A stretch of 64,000 nt of DNA from positions 372,001 through 436,000 of the forward strand of contig OZ025718.1 in NCBI GenBank assembly GCA_964019335.1, read 5' to 3'. Below the pieces are notes generated by a model. It did not search any database. It was not told the DNA's origin and saw only the letters and a program-made list of their open reading frames with translations. The translations under genes were made by a program, and so were the position numbers. The stretch is from Diplonema japonicum. Its lineage: Eukaryota > Protista > Euglenozoa: Diplonemea. Of this stretch, positions 1 to 13,337 are shown in pieces; positions within the stretch are counted from its first letter, which is position 1, and every line of letters begins with the position of its first letter.

Positions 1-352
1 TTGCAAAATTAAATAAAATATCATACTAAATATAAAAAAAACCAGCCAGACTCGCTTCGCTCGTGAAATTAAAAAAAACGAGTGAAAAAAAAAAAAAAAA
101 ACATTCCGAGTAAAAATCTGGGTGATTTTTTATTTAGTTTTAAAATAGTCATTCTTCCAAATTATATAGTGTTCAAACGCAGCGAAGCATTTGCACTATT
201 TAAAAAGCAAGAAGAAAAAAAAAATATATATAAATATGTGAGATGGGGTGTTAACGAAGTGGTTCAGTGAGGAGTATCCGTTCGAAAGGCAAAAGAAATA
301 AGGTATAAGCAGCAGAAGTGCTATCAAAAAAAGGGGTGGGGTAAATAAATCG

Positions 353-413
353 CGCCACATCTCTAAACTTCCGGGGCTCGGGCTTTTCATTAACGGGCTT
401 TAGAGATGTGGCG
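353..413. repeat. Inverted repeat with perfect 15-bp arms (MITE-like hairpin)
   Basis: CGCCACATCTCTAAA at 353-367 and its reverse complement TTTAGAGATGTGGCG at 399-413; imperfect pairing extends a few bases outward. Confidence 0.7.
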
Positions 414-801
414 AGATACATTTGCACTCTTTGTACCTTCGTTGGAAAAAAAAACTTACCGAACATCTGTTCTAAAAAAGAAAAAAAAAAAAAAGTTGTT
501 TGTGCAAGAATAAGTTCGATTCGGCGAAATTTGCTTTACTATAAATATGAGCTTTGTCTGGGAAAAAAAAAAAAAAACATTTTTTTTTTTTTTTTTTTTT
601 TTTTTGACAGTCCGACATTTGCAACCGGTTGCACCCCCGGGAAGCAAAAAAACAGAGGGTCAGAAAAAAGAAAAAAAACGGCGGAAAATGTTTAAAAATG
701 CTGGCGTTGCACAGCCCCCCAAAAACCCCGGTTTTTTCGAGGGGTTCCTAAGGCCTACAATGGCACATTTTCCTGAAAACCCAATTCCGATCACGAGGGT
801 G

Positions 802-968
802 AAGTTCGGCCACACAAGATATCTCTCTGTACCTTGCTAACATGGTGCGGCTGTACACATGTGTTGCCAACATGTGGCTGGTTGACGCGTACAATGCGCT
901 TAACAACACATATGAAGCAGAGGCGCACGAACAGAAAAGTATTCTGACTGGTGTGTCGGACGGCCTTG
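802..968 (+). pseudogene. Inverted, internally deleted fragment of the adenylate cyclase 2 extracellular-domain coding region
   Basis: 843-968 is the reverse complement of 16221-16346 (identical by eye); ~816-845 matches 16377-16404 (2-nt insertion) and 802-814 matches 16503-16515, so two internal deletions. Confidence 0.85.
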
Positions 969-1904
969 GTCATTAGTTGACATTTTTTTTCCCGGACAGA
1001 CTCATAAAAAAAGGGGGGGGGAAGAGGCGGCGGGGGGGGGGGGGGGGGGGGCCAAGGGCTAAGCAAGGGTGGGAAAGTTCCTTTTAATTTGATTTTAAAA
1101 AAAAAAAAGTTTTTGCAGGTGCTGCGTGGTGTCTTTGGTGGACCAAGATCCCACGGCTTTGTTGTCACTCTCCTCTTACTTTTTTTTATATACCCCCTAT
1201 CAAACAACCCCCTCCCCATTTTTTTTTTTCAGTTGAAAAACTAAATAAGATATCGCAAACCTTCTCACGTCATTCTTATTTTTTTTGTTGGTTACACACA
1301 CCCCCTTTTTTTTTCTTTCTCATTTTCAACAAATGCTCCTCGTTATTCAAATAAATGAAAGTTGAGGAGAGGGGAAAAAAAAAAAAAAAAAAAAAAGAAA
1401 GAAGAAAAAAAAAAATAAAATAATAATAAAAAGAAATATAAATATCCTCAGTTCTTTCAAAAAAAAAAAAAAAAAAAAAGGGTAGGGGACGGAGAGAAAA
1501 AAACTGAACTTAACCAGGTCCCCATCAGGTGCGGCCTACGACGGGCAAAGGTGACCCTTGCTATCGAAGGCACCCCGAGAGAGTAGAAGTAGAGGGAGGG
1601 CATACACATATGTACTAGCTACTAGAGAAAAGAGGAAGTAAGATCAGGACACGGAAATTAACTGAATAACTAGAAGGGGGAAAGAAGGAAAAAAAAAAAG
1701 GAGTCATTTTGTGTGACAATAAAAAATAAAAAATAAAAAATAAAAACGCTCGTTTTTTTTTTTCTTTTCTTTCCCCCAACCCCCTTGCTGTCCAAAAAAA
1801 AAAAAAAGAAAAAAAAAAAAAAAAAACGGCGGTAAATTCAGAAACAAAAAAAAAAAAAACTCGTGAATGGACAATTAAAAAAAAAAAGGGGGGTCGGATG
1901 ACTT

Positions 1905-2085
1905 GTTTCAGCACAAGCCGTTTCCCAGGTTTCGGCACAAACCGTTTTTCACCTACAGCAGGGATATAACTGACAAAGCTGCCTTTTCTCTTTTCTTTTT
2001 TTTTTTTTCTTTTTTTTTAAATTTTGCAAAGGACTTAATAACTATTCTTTTCCAAAGTTTTTGTTTACTTGTTCCAGCAACAAAA
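1905..2085 (-). repeat. Non-coding element downstream of cyclase 1, homologous to 13560-13666
   Basis: Shared blocks in the same order: CCGTTT..CACCTACAG.AGGG, AAGCTGCCT, TAAC.ATTCTTTTC, GTTTACTTGTTCCAGCAA. Confidence 0.75.
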
Positions 2086-2118
2086 AACTTTTTTTTTTCG
2101 CTTCTCCCATTGATAAAA

Positions 2119-5100
2119 TTATGGCAACTTCAAGTGCATACTGGGAGCTGGCATCCTCATAGGAGAGGTGAAGGCACCCGGTGGAGGACTCACGGAATGA
2201 TGCGACAAACGACGGGCGCGGAGGGCAGTGGGTGCTGGACTCTTCAAGGGTCCAAGGGAAGCAAGGCTGGACAAAACACCATCAGGGAGGTTTGTGAATG
2301 TTACAGCTACACGGTGCGTGGGGTGGTGCTCCGTGATGGAGGAGAGCAGTGCAAATGTTCGCTGTTTTTTTTTTCTTTTTTTTTTTTTTTTTCTTTAATA
2401 CCACAAGAACTGTATCCGACGAGTGCATCGCACACGCTTGCTTGAGCTCCTCCAAGGCGGACTTGTCACCCCCAATGGCAGCCACCACCCTTGCGTTGTG
2501 CTTCTCTAGTTCCGTATCACTGTTATGTGTTGATTTGTGGGGAAAATAAAAAAAAAAGAAAGGGAGCCTACCTGCCACCCGGCATCCCCCAGGCATCCTC
2601 CAACTGTGTCATGAGCTTTGTGGTCATTAGCTCCATCATCAAGATCTGCCGTTCTGTGTCAGAATCCATCCAAATGTCAACGATGCGGACGAAGGGTGAG
2701 ATTGCAGGGTTTGCGGAGAGCCTGCATTCTAAAGTGCAGTCAGAAAGGAGGCAGAAGGCACCAAGCTGGAGGGCATGGTCTGCTGCCGCTTCTGCCGCTT
2801 CCAAAGGCCGCCCGAAGGTTGTGTGGAAACGCCTTTTCACGGTCCCCACGTTGCCGTACAGCATGTCCCCTGTTGCAATGCCCACTCGCATCACGCCGCC
2901 AGCTCGGCGCTCCAGCTGCGCAGCAAAGCGCAGGGCTGCTGTCGTGTGCAGCTTGCACGGCTTCGATGCATTCCACATGATGGTCATCGTGCGCCCCGTC
3001 ACGTTCCCAACCACACCGTCCGTCTGCCCGGCAGCTTCCACCACAACACGCACCATTGTGTTGCAGTTGTCGAAGAGTTGCACGCGGCTGCAGTCAAGCT
3101 GTGTGTGTGTGTGTGTGTTGTGTTGACATTCACTAGATGCATACCAGTCTACAGACTGCCACTGTCACTTGGTCGCTGTACAGAGACAAACCAGTCTTCG
3201 GGTTCTGCACCACTGGGTGGTGCTCCGACCGGCGGGATGCTTTCCCGCAGTTGGAGGAGACAAGGTCGTAGTCACCCCCCTCGCGTTCCGACATTGCGGA
3301 GCCCTCTGTGTAGGAGACGTTGCCTGCAAAGTTCGTGAGCGTTCCAGGCGCGTACTTCTCTGCCAGCACGGTCCCGGATTTGGAGAGCCGGTCGGCGAGG
3401 CAGGTCGGGGATATGAGGAAGAGCTCGTGGTCGGAGCCGAGGCCCTTGAGCTCGTGGTAGCCGTGGTTGCAGGAGGACGGGGACCCGAGCTCACTGTCTT
3501 TGGATTTTATGGTTTCATAGACGTCTTTTGCAACGCAGATGGTGCCGCCCTTCGCCTTGCCTTCCAGCCTCGCGGCCTTGTTGATGGTGCTGCCACGGTA
3601 GTCGGCACGGTTGGTAAGGGGGTTCTCCTCAAGGATGGCGTCTCCTGTGTGACAGCCCATCCTTACACGGATCCCGTTCCAAAGGGGCGTCCTGTCGTTC
3701 TTTTTCGTGAAACACGCAGGAAGCTCGAGTTCGGGGGACCATTGCTGCTGTGCAAGCTTGGTCTGGACGGTGAGGCAGAAGTTTAACCCGTCGACGGTGG
3801 ACGTGAAGGCCACCATGAACGCGTCCCCTATAGTCTTCACCTCGTACCCGTTGTGCTCATCGCACGCCTCACGCATAATATTATTATGCAGCTCGATAGC
3901 TTGGTTCATCCCTGCCGACGACTTGTTCCACAACTGAGTTGAGTTCTCGATATCTGTGAACACGATGGTGACGATGCCGGTAGGGGGCTCCGTGTGCTTG
4001 ATTTTACCACCGGTATCCAAAATGGCGATGGGGACGTAGGCGCGGTACTCCTTGAGGTTGGCAACCATCTGCTGGAAGGCAGTCTGCATGGTGGAGAGTT
4101 CTTGCAGCCTGGAGGGTACAAGGGAGGAAGTGTTGTCGAGGTTCATGTCCGCTACCTGCGACATGTTCACCTTGAGCGCGTCCAGCGGCCTGAGCAGGAG
4201 CCGCACCAACCCGAAGGAAAGAAACCCGAGCAGAACTGAAACGCATGTTACAATTATGTACCCGATGTCCCTGTCTTTGTCGATGGTCTCGGTGATGTCC
4301 TTTGTGGAGGCATCGATATCTTTTAATGTCGACACCTTCAGCGCCTCCACCTCGCTTAATATGTAGTTGTGGTCGACGGTTGTCGTCAACCACCAGTCGA
4401 GCCCGTAGCTGTCGTTGAGCTTGGACACGTGGACGAAGTGTGTCCCGTTTCCATCGGTGTCTAGCTGGACAACCTTCCCTTCTTTGAAGATACCCTCGTA
4501 CCCGTCTGTCCGGTTGTGGATCGCCCAAGCCAGCTGTCGTATCAACAAATCGTCAGCTTCAATATCAAACAAAGGCGTGACGGAAGGAAGGGCAGACCCA
4601 GCGTTTGTAAAGGATTGTGCGGCAATGCCGTGTGACACACCGGTTAGCTTATCGGTGTCCGCAAGTTGCGCCGCTTGTGCTTCGTACCCGGGGCCCTTTT
4701 CAGTGTAGCGTTTGGACAGCAATGATGTGGAAACGGTGGAGAATATTCTTATCACGGCTGCTGATGATGTTGCTTCCATGTCCTGTGCGATTTCCCGAAG
4801 GAACTCGTCCACCTTCGGGAGGGACAAGGACACAAACGCCATCAAGTTTTTCTCAGAGACGGGGTCGAAAAGTATGCTCACCAACGCCACACCCATAAAA
4901 TCCCCGATTGAGTACAAGTTGCTCCACAGTGTCTCGTTCCCCACCACACCATCGCGCAGAGCTTTAACCGCAAAATCGTCTTTTGCTGAAATCGCAATTT
5001 GCCCGAAATCATTTCTGAACACCCCTGTCACATTGGTCTGCCCAGCATGAGTATCTAACTCGTCGATCCCGAAATTTCTGTAGTACATTGGACCGAATGT

Positions 5101-5649
5101 TGGGATGACCATGTATACTAACATTGCCGCTTCGCAAATAACGCCTTTCAAGGCCATGCCTCTGGTGTTGAGGTAGATAGCATCGAAGACCATGCGGTGA
5201 CGGATGGAGTAGAAATGGAGGAAGTTACAGAGGTCTTGGTCCTCGTCGATGGTTCTAAATTGTTCACTGAACTTGGCTCCTTCGGCTATGAAGAGTGCGA
5301 AGTAATCGTCTAGCCTACCGCGAATAGCTGCGGTGCCGTATTTTAGGAGCTCTCCTGATTTTTCTTCGAGGTTATCTACCGCAAGCTGGAAACACTGTTC
5401 ATTTGAGTCTTTACTGTTTCTCCTCGTTTTCCCCAGTGCGTCGTCACAGCTTTTTTGAAACACACCGATGGAGGCTCCGACAGAAGCCACGATGCCCAGG
5501 CCGCATAAGGCCACCACGATCCACTTCAACGAGAGATATCGCTCTCCTTCCCCTTGTTCCCGCTCCTTTGCCCTGGTGGGGCCTCCTTCATTGCTGTCAA
5601 TCTCTTCTATGTGCTCCGGGGGAAACTCTTCGTCATCTGGTTGTTTCAT
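2119..5649 (-). CDS. Receptor-type class III adenylate cyclase 1 (2 TM, HAMP-like linker, active cyclase domain plus degenerate second cyclase domain), ~1130 aa
   Basis: Exons 5649-3145, 3098-2572, 2519-2402, 2361-2119; GT-AG introns 3099-3144, 2520-2571, 2362-2401. Motifs FTDIENST, EVKTIGDAFMVAF, DYRGSTINKAAR. The spliced C-terminus aligns with the paralog, which lacks the last two introns. Confidence 0.9.
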
Positions 5650-5660
5650 CCCTATGGTTT

Positions 5661-5665
<5 letters not shown>

Positions 5666-5702
<37 letters not shown>
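5666..5702. repeat. (TA)n microsatellite just upstream of the cyclase 1 start
   Basis: Uninterrupted TA dinucleotide run. Confidence 0.9.
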
Positions 5703-5719
<17 letters not shown>

Positions 5720-6532
5720 TTTTTATATTTAATTCTGTAAAGTTAATATGAGGGGAAAAAAAAATAATCGGAAATCATCCTTTTTTTTTTTTTAATTTTG
5801 ACGAGTAAATTTCTTTTTTACTAGAGACGAGTGCGGCAAACATAACCACCGAGCTATTTTTTTTTTTTTTTTTTCTTGGCTGTCCGAAAAATTCCCTCGT
5901 TTAACTTTACAAAAATTAAATAGAAAAAAGAAAAAATGTCGTACTCAATAAAAAAGAAAAATCAGGTAATCTGATTTTTTTTTTATTTAGTAAATACTGT
6001 AAAGTGAAAAAGAATATCCGGGCTCCCCCCCCCCCGGAATCTTTTTTAGCTAAGGGGAGCACTGAGAAGGGCTTCCGCCTAGGGGCATGGGGAGCAGAAG
6101 TAACTGGCCGCGGAGCCCCGTAACGTCCCTTACCAAAAATTTCCCCATTAAAAATTTTCTCCCTTAAAAAACCTTGAAAATGGCCAACCGCACTTTTTAC
6201 TATTTTACTTGGGAATATCCCCCCTTAAGAAATATTTTCCTTGAAAACTGCCCCTACTTTCTTTACTATTAATTTTCCGCATTGCTTTTCTGTGCCTACG
6301 GCTATCGTACTTTGCTTTGGTGGGGGGATGGGCCCGAAGGTTGTTCCCAAATGCTGGATATTGCTCGTCCAGAACACCTTGTTCTCTTCGCTTCGGGCTC
6401 AAGCCGAAGATGGCGGTGGAGAAAAATATCCAGGCTTTTTTCGTTTCCGGTTTCCAGTTTGTCACTCCGGGATTTTTCGCTTTACAGTAGTCATTTTTTT
6501 TTTTTTTTTTTTTTTCTTGAAAAAAAAAATTG

Positions 6533-6568
<36 letters not shown>

Positions 6569-9064
6569 GTTTCAATAATTACAAAAAAAAAATGAAACAG
6601 GGAGGTAAATAGAGAAAAAAAAAAAAAAAAAGAAAAAAAAAAGAGAGAACTGTAAACCTTTTTTTTTTCCCCGTTTTTTTTTTCTTTTTTTTCTTGCCCC
6701 CTGACAAAAAAAAAATGTCGTGTTTTTCTTTCTTTTTTTTTTTTTCGTTCTTTTTTTTTTCTTTCCTTCCTTTTTTTTCTCCTACGCCGCCACCTTTTCC
6801 CCCTCATCTCCTGATCTTTTCCCCCTCTTTTTTTTTTAATATTTCGCTCAGAAATTCTTCTAAGTGTGATGCAAATATCGGGGGTACTATTTTGTAGACA
6901 ACTTGTTCTTCCTTCAGTCCGTATTGGTCTGATGAAACGTCATTTTCGGTTTTTTACGTCATTTTCGGTTTTTTTTAAAAAGATTTTTAACTATTTTCTT
7001 TAGATCTCCCCAGCGGCATACAGGGGGCCGAAACATTCAAAATGACGAAGATGGAGAATAAAAAAAAAGAATGGCCTTTCTCAAAAAAAGAAAAAAATAA
7101 AATCACACATAGGGAACAAAAGGTTTACAGTAAAGATATAAAAAAAAAAAATTAAAAAAGAAAATAGAGCTGGAATAGAAGAGAGAGAGAAAAGAAAAAA
7201 AAAAAAAGAGCCAATTTTTTTTTTTTTTTTTTTTTTCCCACAAGAATATAAAAGGGGGAAAAAAAATAAAAAGGAAATAAAAAAAAGAGAGAAGGAAGAT
7301 GGAGACAGGAAAATTAAAAAAAAAAATAGGAAGTGCGTTGTGTTCTTTCTTTTTCTTCTTCTTCTTTTTTTTTTTTTTTTTTCACTTAACAGTTTTCCTC
7401 ATCTTTATGTTTCTTGTGGTTTCTTGGGTGTTTGCTATGTTTACAAAAAAAAGGGGGGGGGGATCTTCAAAGGGAATTACTTGTCAGCTACAAGAAACCC
7501 CTCAAAAGGCCAACAAGAATAATTCACATTCCGCTCTACCAAGGATACGCAACAAAATTAAAAAAGAAAAGAGAGACGCTCAAGCGTACCTGCGCGGTAT
7601 GTGGCAGGACGCCTAAAGAAGGGGGAGGAGAAAAGTTCAACTTTTCATTTTTTTTTTTTTTTACAACTGGGGAGGGGGGGGGGGGGATATCGTGGCCAGT
7701 AAATCTCAGTTGTCGGGTACAGCAACCCTTTCAGAAATTGATCCCAAAAAAAAAATTCTTTTTTAAGACAGGAGGGAGAAATAGCAGTCTATTTTTCTTT
7801 TTTTGGGGGGGGAAGGGGGGCACCACGCTTCTAGGCAAAAATAAAAAAGGGGGAGAAACAAAAAGAAAAAAGAGAAAAAAAAAAAAAACCATTAAAAACA
7901 CTCAAAGATAATTTGTTGAAGGGAAACGATAGCAACAACGGGGGACCATGTTGGTTTCCCTCCTCTTTCTTCACTCGTCAATTCTTTTTTTTTTTTTATG
8001 TTGGATTTCACTCCCTTCTAGCCTCTCGCTCTTTCGGGTTCGAGGGTAAATAAAAAAAAAAATAATAATAATAAAAAAAAAGGGGACGCCGAAAAAAGAG
8101 ACAATTTTTCAAAACGAAAAAGAAAAGCCAACAGCGCTACACCTTCCCATTATCTCACCCGCTATAGCTGTCCTTTTTTTTCCCATTCTTCTTCTTCTTC
8201 TTTTTTTTTTTTTTATTCTTTCTTTTTTTCTTCTGTTTCTTTTTAGTTGTGTGTTGCAAACTCGCGAAGATAAGTACTAACCATATAAAATCACATGGGG
8301 GGGGAATAAAGGGGTATGAAAAGGGCTTTTTTTTTTTGGGCAAAACTGAAAAAGAAATGGCATTTGTATCACGAAAAAGGGGTTTTTTGATACCCCGTTT
8401 CCAAGTTTCCCCCCCCCCCCCGAAAATAATTTCTCGTTTTTCTACCAATATAGCCCGGGGGGGGGGGGGGGGGGGGTTTGAAGAAGTTACTCTTCATATC
8501 TCACCCTCTTTTTTTTTTCCCCTGTTATATTTTTATTCTGGCTGCCAGAAGCAGAAGAAAACGGGTAATGGTGTTGTGTCGTTGCACACTCACTCCAGTG
8601 GTGGGGGGGGGAAAGGGGAAAATTTTATTTTTTTTTTGAACCAGTACACCCTCCTCCTGGGGGGGGGGGGGGGGGGGGGGGGGGAGAGAAGAAGAAGAAG
8701 AGGTGCATGTAGGCGAAACGGAAGGGAGAGTCATGAAGTTTTAGATACACCGACCTTGCAGGGTAGGCCCCATCTTAGGGGTTAGGGAGCTACTCAAGCC
8801 GAAATATCAAAGCACATGAACTGCTTCCCCCTTCCCTTGCCTGTGTAGTGGGAAAGGGAATGGATAGAAATAGAGGGGGGGGTAAAAAAAATATCCCCCC
8901 CCCCCCCTCACGTTATTCAAAATAAACTGCAAGAAGAAGAAAAAAAAACCCCCATTATTTTCCCCAATCTGAGGACAAAAGGTCTTATCGTTTTTTTTTT
9001 TTCTCTTTTTTTTTTTCTTTAATATAAGTTGACTGTAAACTGAGTCTTTTATTTCCTTCGCAAG

Positions 9065-9096
<32 letters not shown>

Positions 9097-9779
9097 AAGA
9101 AGAAAAGAGGCCCACTCGGCAAAAGACGAATGGTTTTGACATTGTGAAAGAAATACAGACGGCGTGTTCAGGTAGAAATTAGTTTTCATTTCATCCCCCC
9201 CCCCCCCCCCCCTTCTCTCTTTTTTCTTTCTTCTTTTTTTTCTTTTTTTTAAATCTCATAACACCATTCTCTCAAATTGAGTGTTGAATCTTGTCAGCAA
9301 ACAACAATAAAAAAAAAAAGAAGAAACTCGAGGGCAAAGGGGCCTTAAAGATATGGAACGTAGATTAAGCGGTCGAGTGGCCTTTGGGGTGTTTAAGTGG
9401 GAGTGAAGGGAATAGATCCCTTCAGAATTGTCCTTTACTTGGAGAGTTTCAAGAAAAAAAATTATTTTTCCCCCCCCGGTTTTAATCCCCCCCCCCCCCC
9501 CCCCCTGTCTTCTAGCAATTTGGGATATCAAATACAGTAAAGACATAATCATCTACTCAAATGAGAGAAGTGATACAACTTAATTCATTATAATGGCTCG
9601 GGGAGGGGGGGGGGTCCCCCTTTTATCTTCTCCCTCTCCTATTTTTTTTCTTCAAACAGCGGTCATCCCCCTTCTGCGGGGGGGGGATTTTTTTTTAAAG
9701 AGAGAAGGAAAAAAAAAGAAGAAGAACCAAGCCATTCCCAGAACGCGCATTAAACCAGGGCCAACAAGTATCAAATATG

Positions 9780-9822
<43 letters not shown>

Positions 9823-11119
9823 GGTATGTGTGCTGTGTGAAGGAGAGAGGAGTGACAAATAATATCCGGGCCAGAAACTGAGGAAGGGTGCGCGCATGCA
9901 AAGCCCAGGCCTCGTCCCTGTGCCACAAGACACCAGGGGTAGGAAGAAGGGGGGGATGAAGTACTAGCTATCTGGTTCAAAGGAGAAATAAAAAAGCAGA
10001 GGGCGGAGAGAAAAAAAAGGGGGGGTGTAAGGGCACTACTTCGTGGCTTAAAGAAAGAAACAAAGCTAGGTTTTTTTTTTTTTCCCCGTTGGAAATCACG
10101 GTAGGCCTACCTTAATTTAAAAAAAGAAAAAAAGAAAAAAAAATAGCCTCGGAAAAAGTTTTTTTTTTCTTTTTTTTTACACGGCTGTCTTTGTGAAGCC
10201 TCGTCTCGTGATATTTTGCAATCTTTTTTTTTTTTTTTTTTTGCTTTTCTTTTTTTTTTCTTTTTTTTTTTTTCGCATCTGAGAAGGAATAATAGCTAAT
10301 TTAATTCACGAACGATAAATGGATTTCTTTTTCTCATTTTTCTTATTATTATTATTATTTTTTTTTTTTTTTTTTTTTTTTGCAAGAGAAGTGACATACA
10401 AATTTATTGGGTGTGAACCTGGTGTGTTCTTTTTCTTTTTTCTTTTTTTTCTTTTTTCATTTATTTTCTGGATTCCCTCTAAAGGAATTTTGGCTAGAGC
10501 CGGGAAAATAAAGTTTTCATTATTTCCCTAGGGAAAATAAAGTACTTTATTTTTTTTTTTTCCTCATGTTTTAAGCAGATTTGTGAAAATGGGGCTTCAG
10601 AGAAAAGAGGCCGAAAAATCAACAAAATTTTGCGGTATTTGTGCCTATTGTGGACAGGGATCCTACACGTGCCTGTCACCATTCTGCTGTTGCATCCCGG
10701 TGTTGGCTGTCGGGGTTTGCCTTTCAGTCATGGATGTACATCTGCGGTAAGAACATCGCTCGCAGTCCCTCTAAGTAGGGAGCTGTTTGGGAGGACGAGA
10801 ACAGGGGCCATGCGTCGCTGGTGCACCCAGGTTCCTCAGGGAGTTCATCGAGTTCAGCCGCATCCGCACCAGAAAGCCCAGGGAGGCTGACATGATAACG
10901 TAGTTCGATGCCCTGTACAAAGGAGGGCTAAGCCGTCGAGCCTCTGGTCCCTTTATAGTCGCCCGAACCATACCATGGAGCAGAAGCACAAAACTGCAAG
11001 ACTGGCCCAGGTTGACTGCCATGCTGAAGGCGTGGACGAGCAGTGCAACCTGGACTTCCTGGCTTTGGGGGGTTTGGGAGTACCATCGGGAACCAGAAAA
11101 TAAATAAAATTACGTATTC

Positions 11120-11230
11120 ATGAATTAAAGTGGACTTTACTCTTTCCCTTGGCTGATACTCTGTCCCTCGGAATCACCCCCTCGGGACAGATTATCAGCC
11201 GCGGGAAATAAAGTCCACTTTATTTTTCAT
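11120..11230. mobile_element. ~110-bp palindromic MITE-like element
   Basis: Left arm ATGAATTAAAGTGGACTTTA..TTTCCC..GGCTGATA.TCTGTCCC pairs with right arm GGGACAGA.TATCAGCC..GGGAAATAAAGTCCACTTTA..TTCAT. A related GGGAAAATAAAGT motif occurs twice at 10502-10553. Confidence 0.6.
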
Positions 11231-11663
11231 AAATCAATAGTTTTTCTTTGTTTTTTTTTTTTTTTTTCTCTCTCTCTTTTTTTATTACCCAATTCAATTG
11301 TTCCTTCATTCAGTACCCTTATAGGAAAAAATCAGTTGAGGAGAACCACCTCAGCAAAAGAAAAAAAGGGGGGGGGGGAACGCACTAAAACAAAATATGG
11401 TAAAACTTCTCGTTTCGTTAAGTCCTACTCGGCACAAAGAATACAAGTTTTTTTTTTTTTTTTTTTCTACCATTTGAATTAAAAAGAAACCTAGGGCGAA
11501 TAAAATCAGGGTACGATGAATGAAGTCACAACTCAGATTGAGCTTATAAAAAAGATTTTTAAAAAAAAAGAAAAGGAAGAAGCTAACCCGCGTAACTAAA
11601 AGGGTCCCGCAGAAAAAAAAAAGAAAAAGAAATAATGCATCTCATTTCTTTTCTTTTCTTTTC

Positions 11664-11700
<37 letters not shown>

Positions 11701-12156
11701 TTTTCATACTGTTACGAAAGCTCTGCATGATTCAGACCCGAATATTTGAAAGAAAAAAATAATAATTCACTATGATAGGAACGAAGTGGTTAGCAACGGC
11801 CCGCTTAATAATAATAAAAAAAAATACAAAAAAAGGTAAATTAAATAATTGGGAAAGCAAAAATCTTTTTTAGTTTCTGCACCCATGGAGAAAAAAAAAA
11901 CACGGTAGCCTATCTTGTTTGTTCTTTGTGTGTGTGTGTAGGGGGGGGGGGGGGGGGGGGAGGTGTGATCTCGCAAAAAACCGGAGGGGGGGGGAAGAGG
12001 TAAAACCAAAAAAGAAAAAACCGAGAAAAAAAAATAAGAGGGGGGCAGGTAAGTTGGGATTATTTTTTTTTGCCCTGACAATTCTCAGGTACAAAAAAAA
12101 AAAGAAAGAAGTGAGAAAGAAGAGGAGGAAAGAAAAAGAAGAATTATTTCAATAAA

Positions 12157-12164
<8 letters not shown>

Positions 12165-12199
<35 letters not shown>
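12165..12199. repeat. (GA)n microsatellite
   Basis: Uninterrupted GA run. Confidence 0.9.
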
Positions 12200-12203
<4 letters not shown>

Positions 12204-12934
12204 AGGGGGCAAAGAGCTCTGTATACTGTAACAATCCACGGACACTGCCTTTGATGGGAAAGGGTGAGGGTGAGGGTGAGGTTCCTCATTAACAAGTTTA
12301 CCCCCCACCCCCCTCTTTTCTCGGTCAACATCAAGTTTCTTGCTCATCGCAAAGCCCTAAACAAAAAAAAAAGCAAAAGAAAAAAAATTTTTTTTCTCAA
12401 AATTATTCTTTTCCCCCCTTTACTCGGGCCACAAAGTAAACAAGTTTATAAAGTAACGCTGGGTGATATATTCTTTGAGGAGGGGGGGGGTTAGGTTGGG
12501 TCTTACTTACAGCGAGACTAAAGCGTCTCCGAAATAAAAGGGGGAAGAGGAAAAAGAGGGGGTGGAACGTTACTATTTTAGGTTATAGATTGGCAAGTTG
12601 CTTTTTTTTTTTTTTTTTTCTTTTTTCCTTCTTCTTCTTCTTCTTCTTTCGCTCCCTTGGGCAGCCGGGCAGCTGTCAGCGAATGAGCTAAAAACAGAAA
12701 CGGGAAGAAAAAAAAAAAAAAAAGGGTAAAAGCCGCGGGGAGTGTAATTACAAAAAAACAGCAAACGTTTTTCCAATTTTTCTTTTTTTTTTTTTGCGAT
12801 GCTTGGGGGGGGGGGGGGTAAACAGTAAAAATAAAATAATATTTACTAATATAAATAATAAAAAAAAAAAAGAAACATAACATTCACTTTTTCTTTTTGA
12901 TTTTTTAGTTGATTCATTTTTGCGTTGAGAAGGG

Positions 12935-13001
<67 letters not shown>

Positions 13002-13295
13002 AATAATAAATAAATAAGAATCGCAGGAGGGTATTAGCAAACCCACAGGAAGGTGGAAGTGGGGGCGGGAATAAATATAAAAAGCAAGTAGTGCCGGACA
13101 AGGCGACATAACCTCTCGGTCTCTTTCTTTCTTTCTTGACCGGCTTGAAACGGTTCAAAAGATAAGAGAGAAAAATTTTCTTATCACCAACTATAGCACT
13201 ATCCCCCCCCCCCCCCCCCCCCCATCGAAGGTGTAAAAAAAACCGCATTTTTTTATTTATTTTTTTTTTTTTTTTACGGTAACAGAAATGGCTTT

Positions 13296-13337
<42 letters not shown>

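Noticed and set aside
6936-6976. ACGTCATTTTCGGTTTTTT tandem repeat as CRISPR-like
   Set aside because: Only two adjacent copies, no spacers, eukaryotic context.
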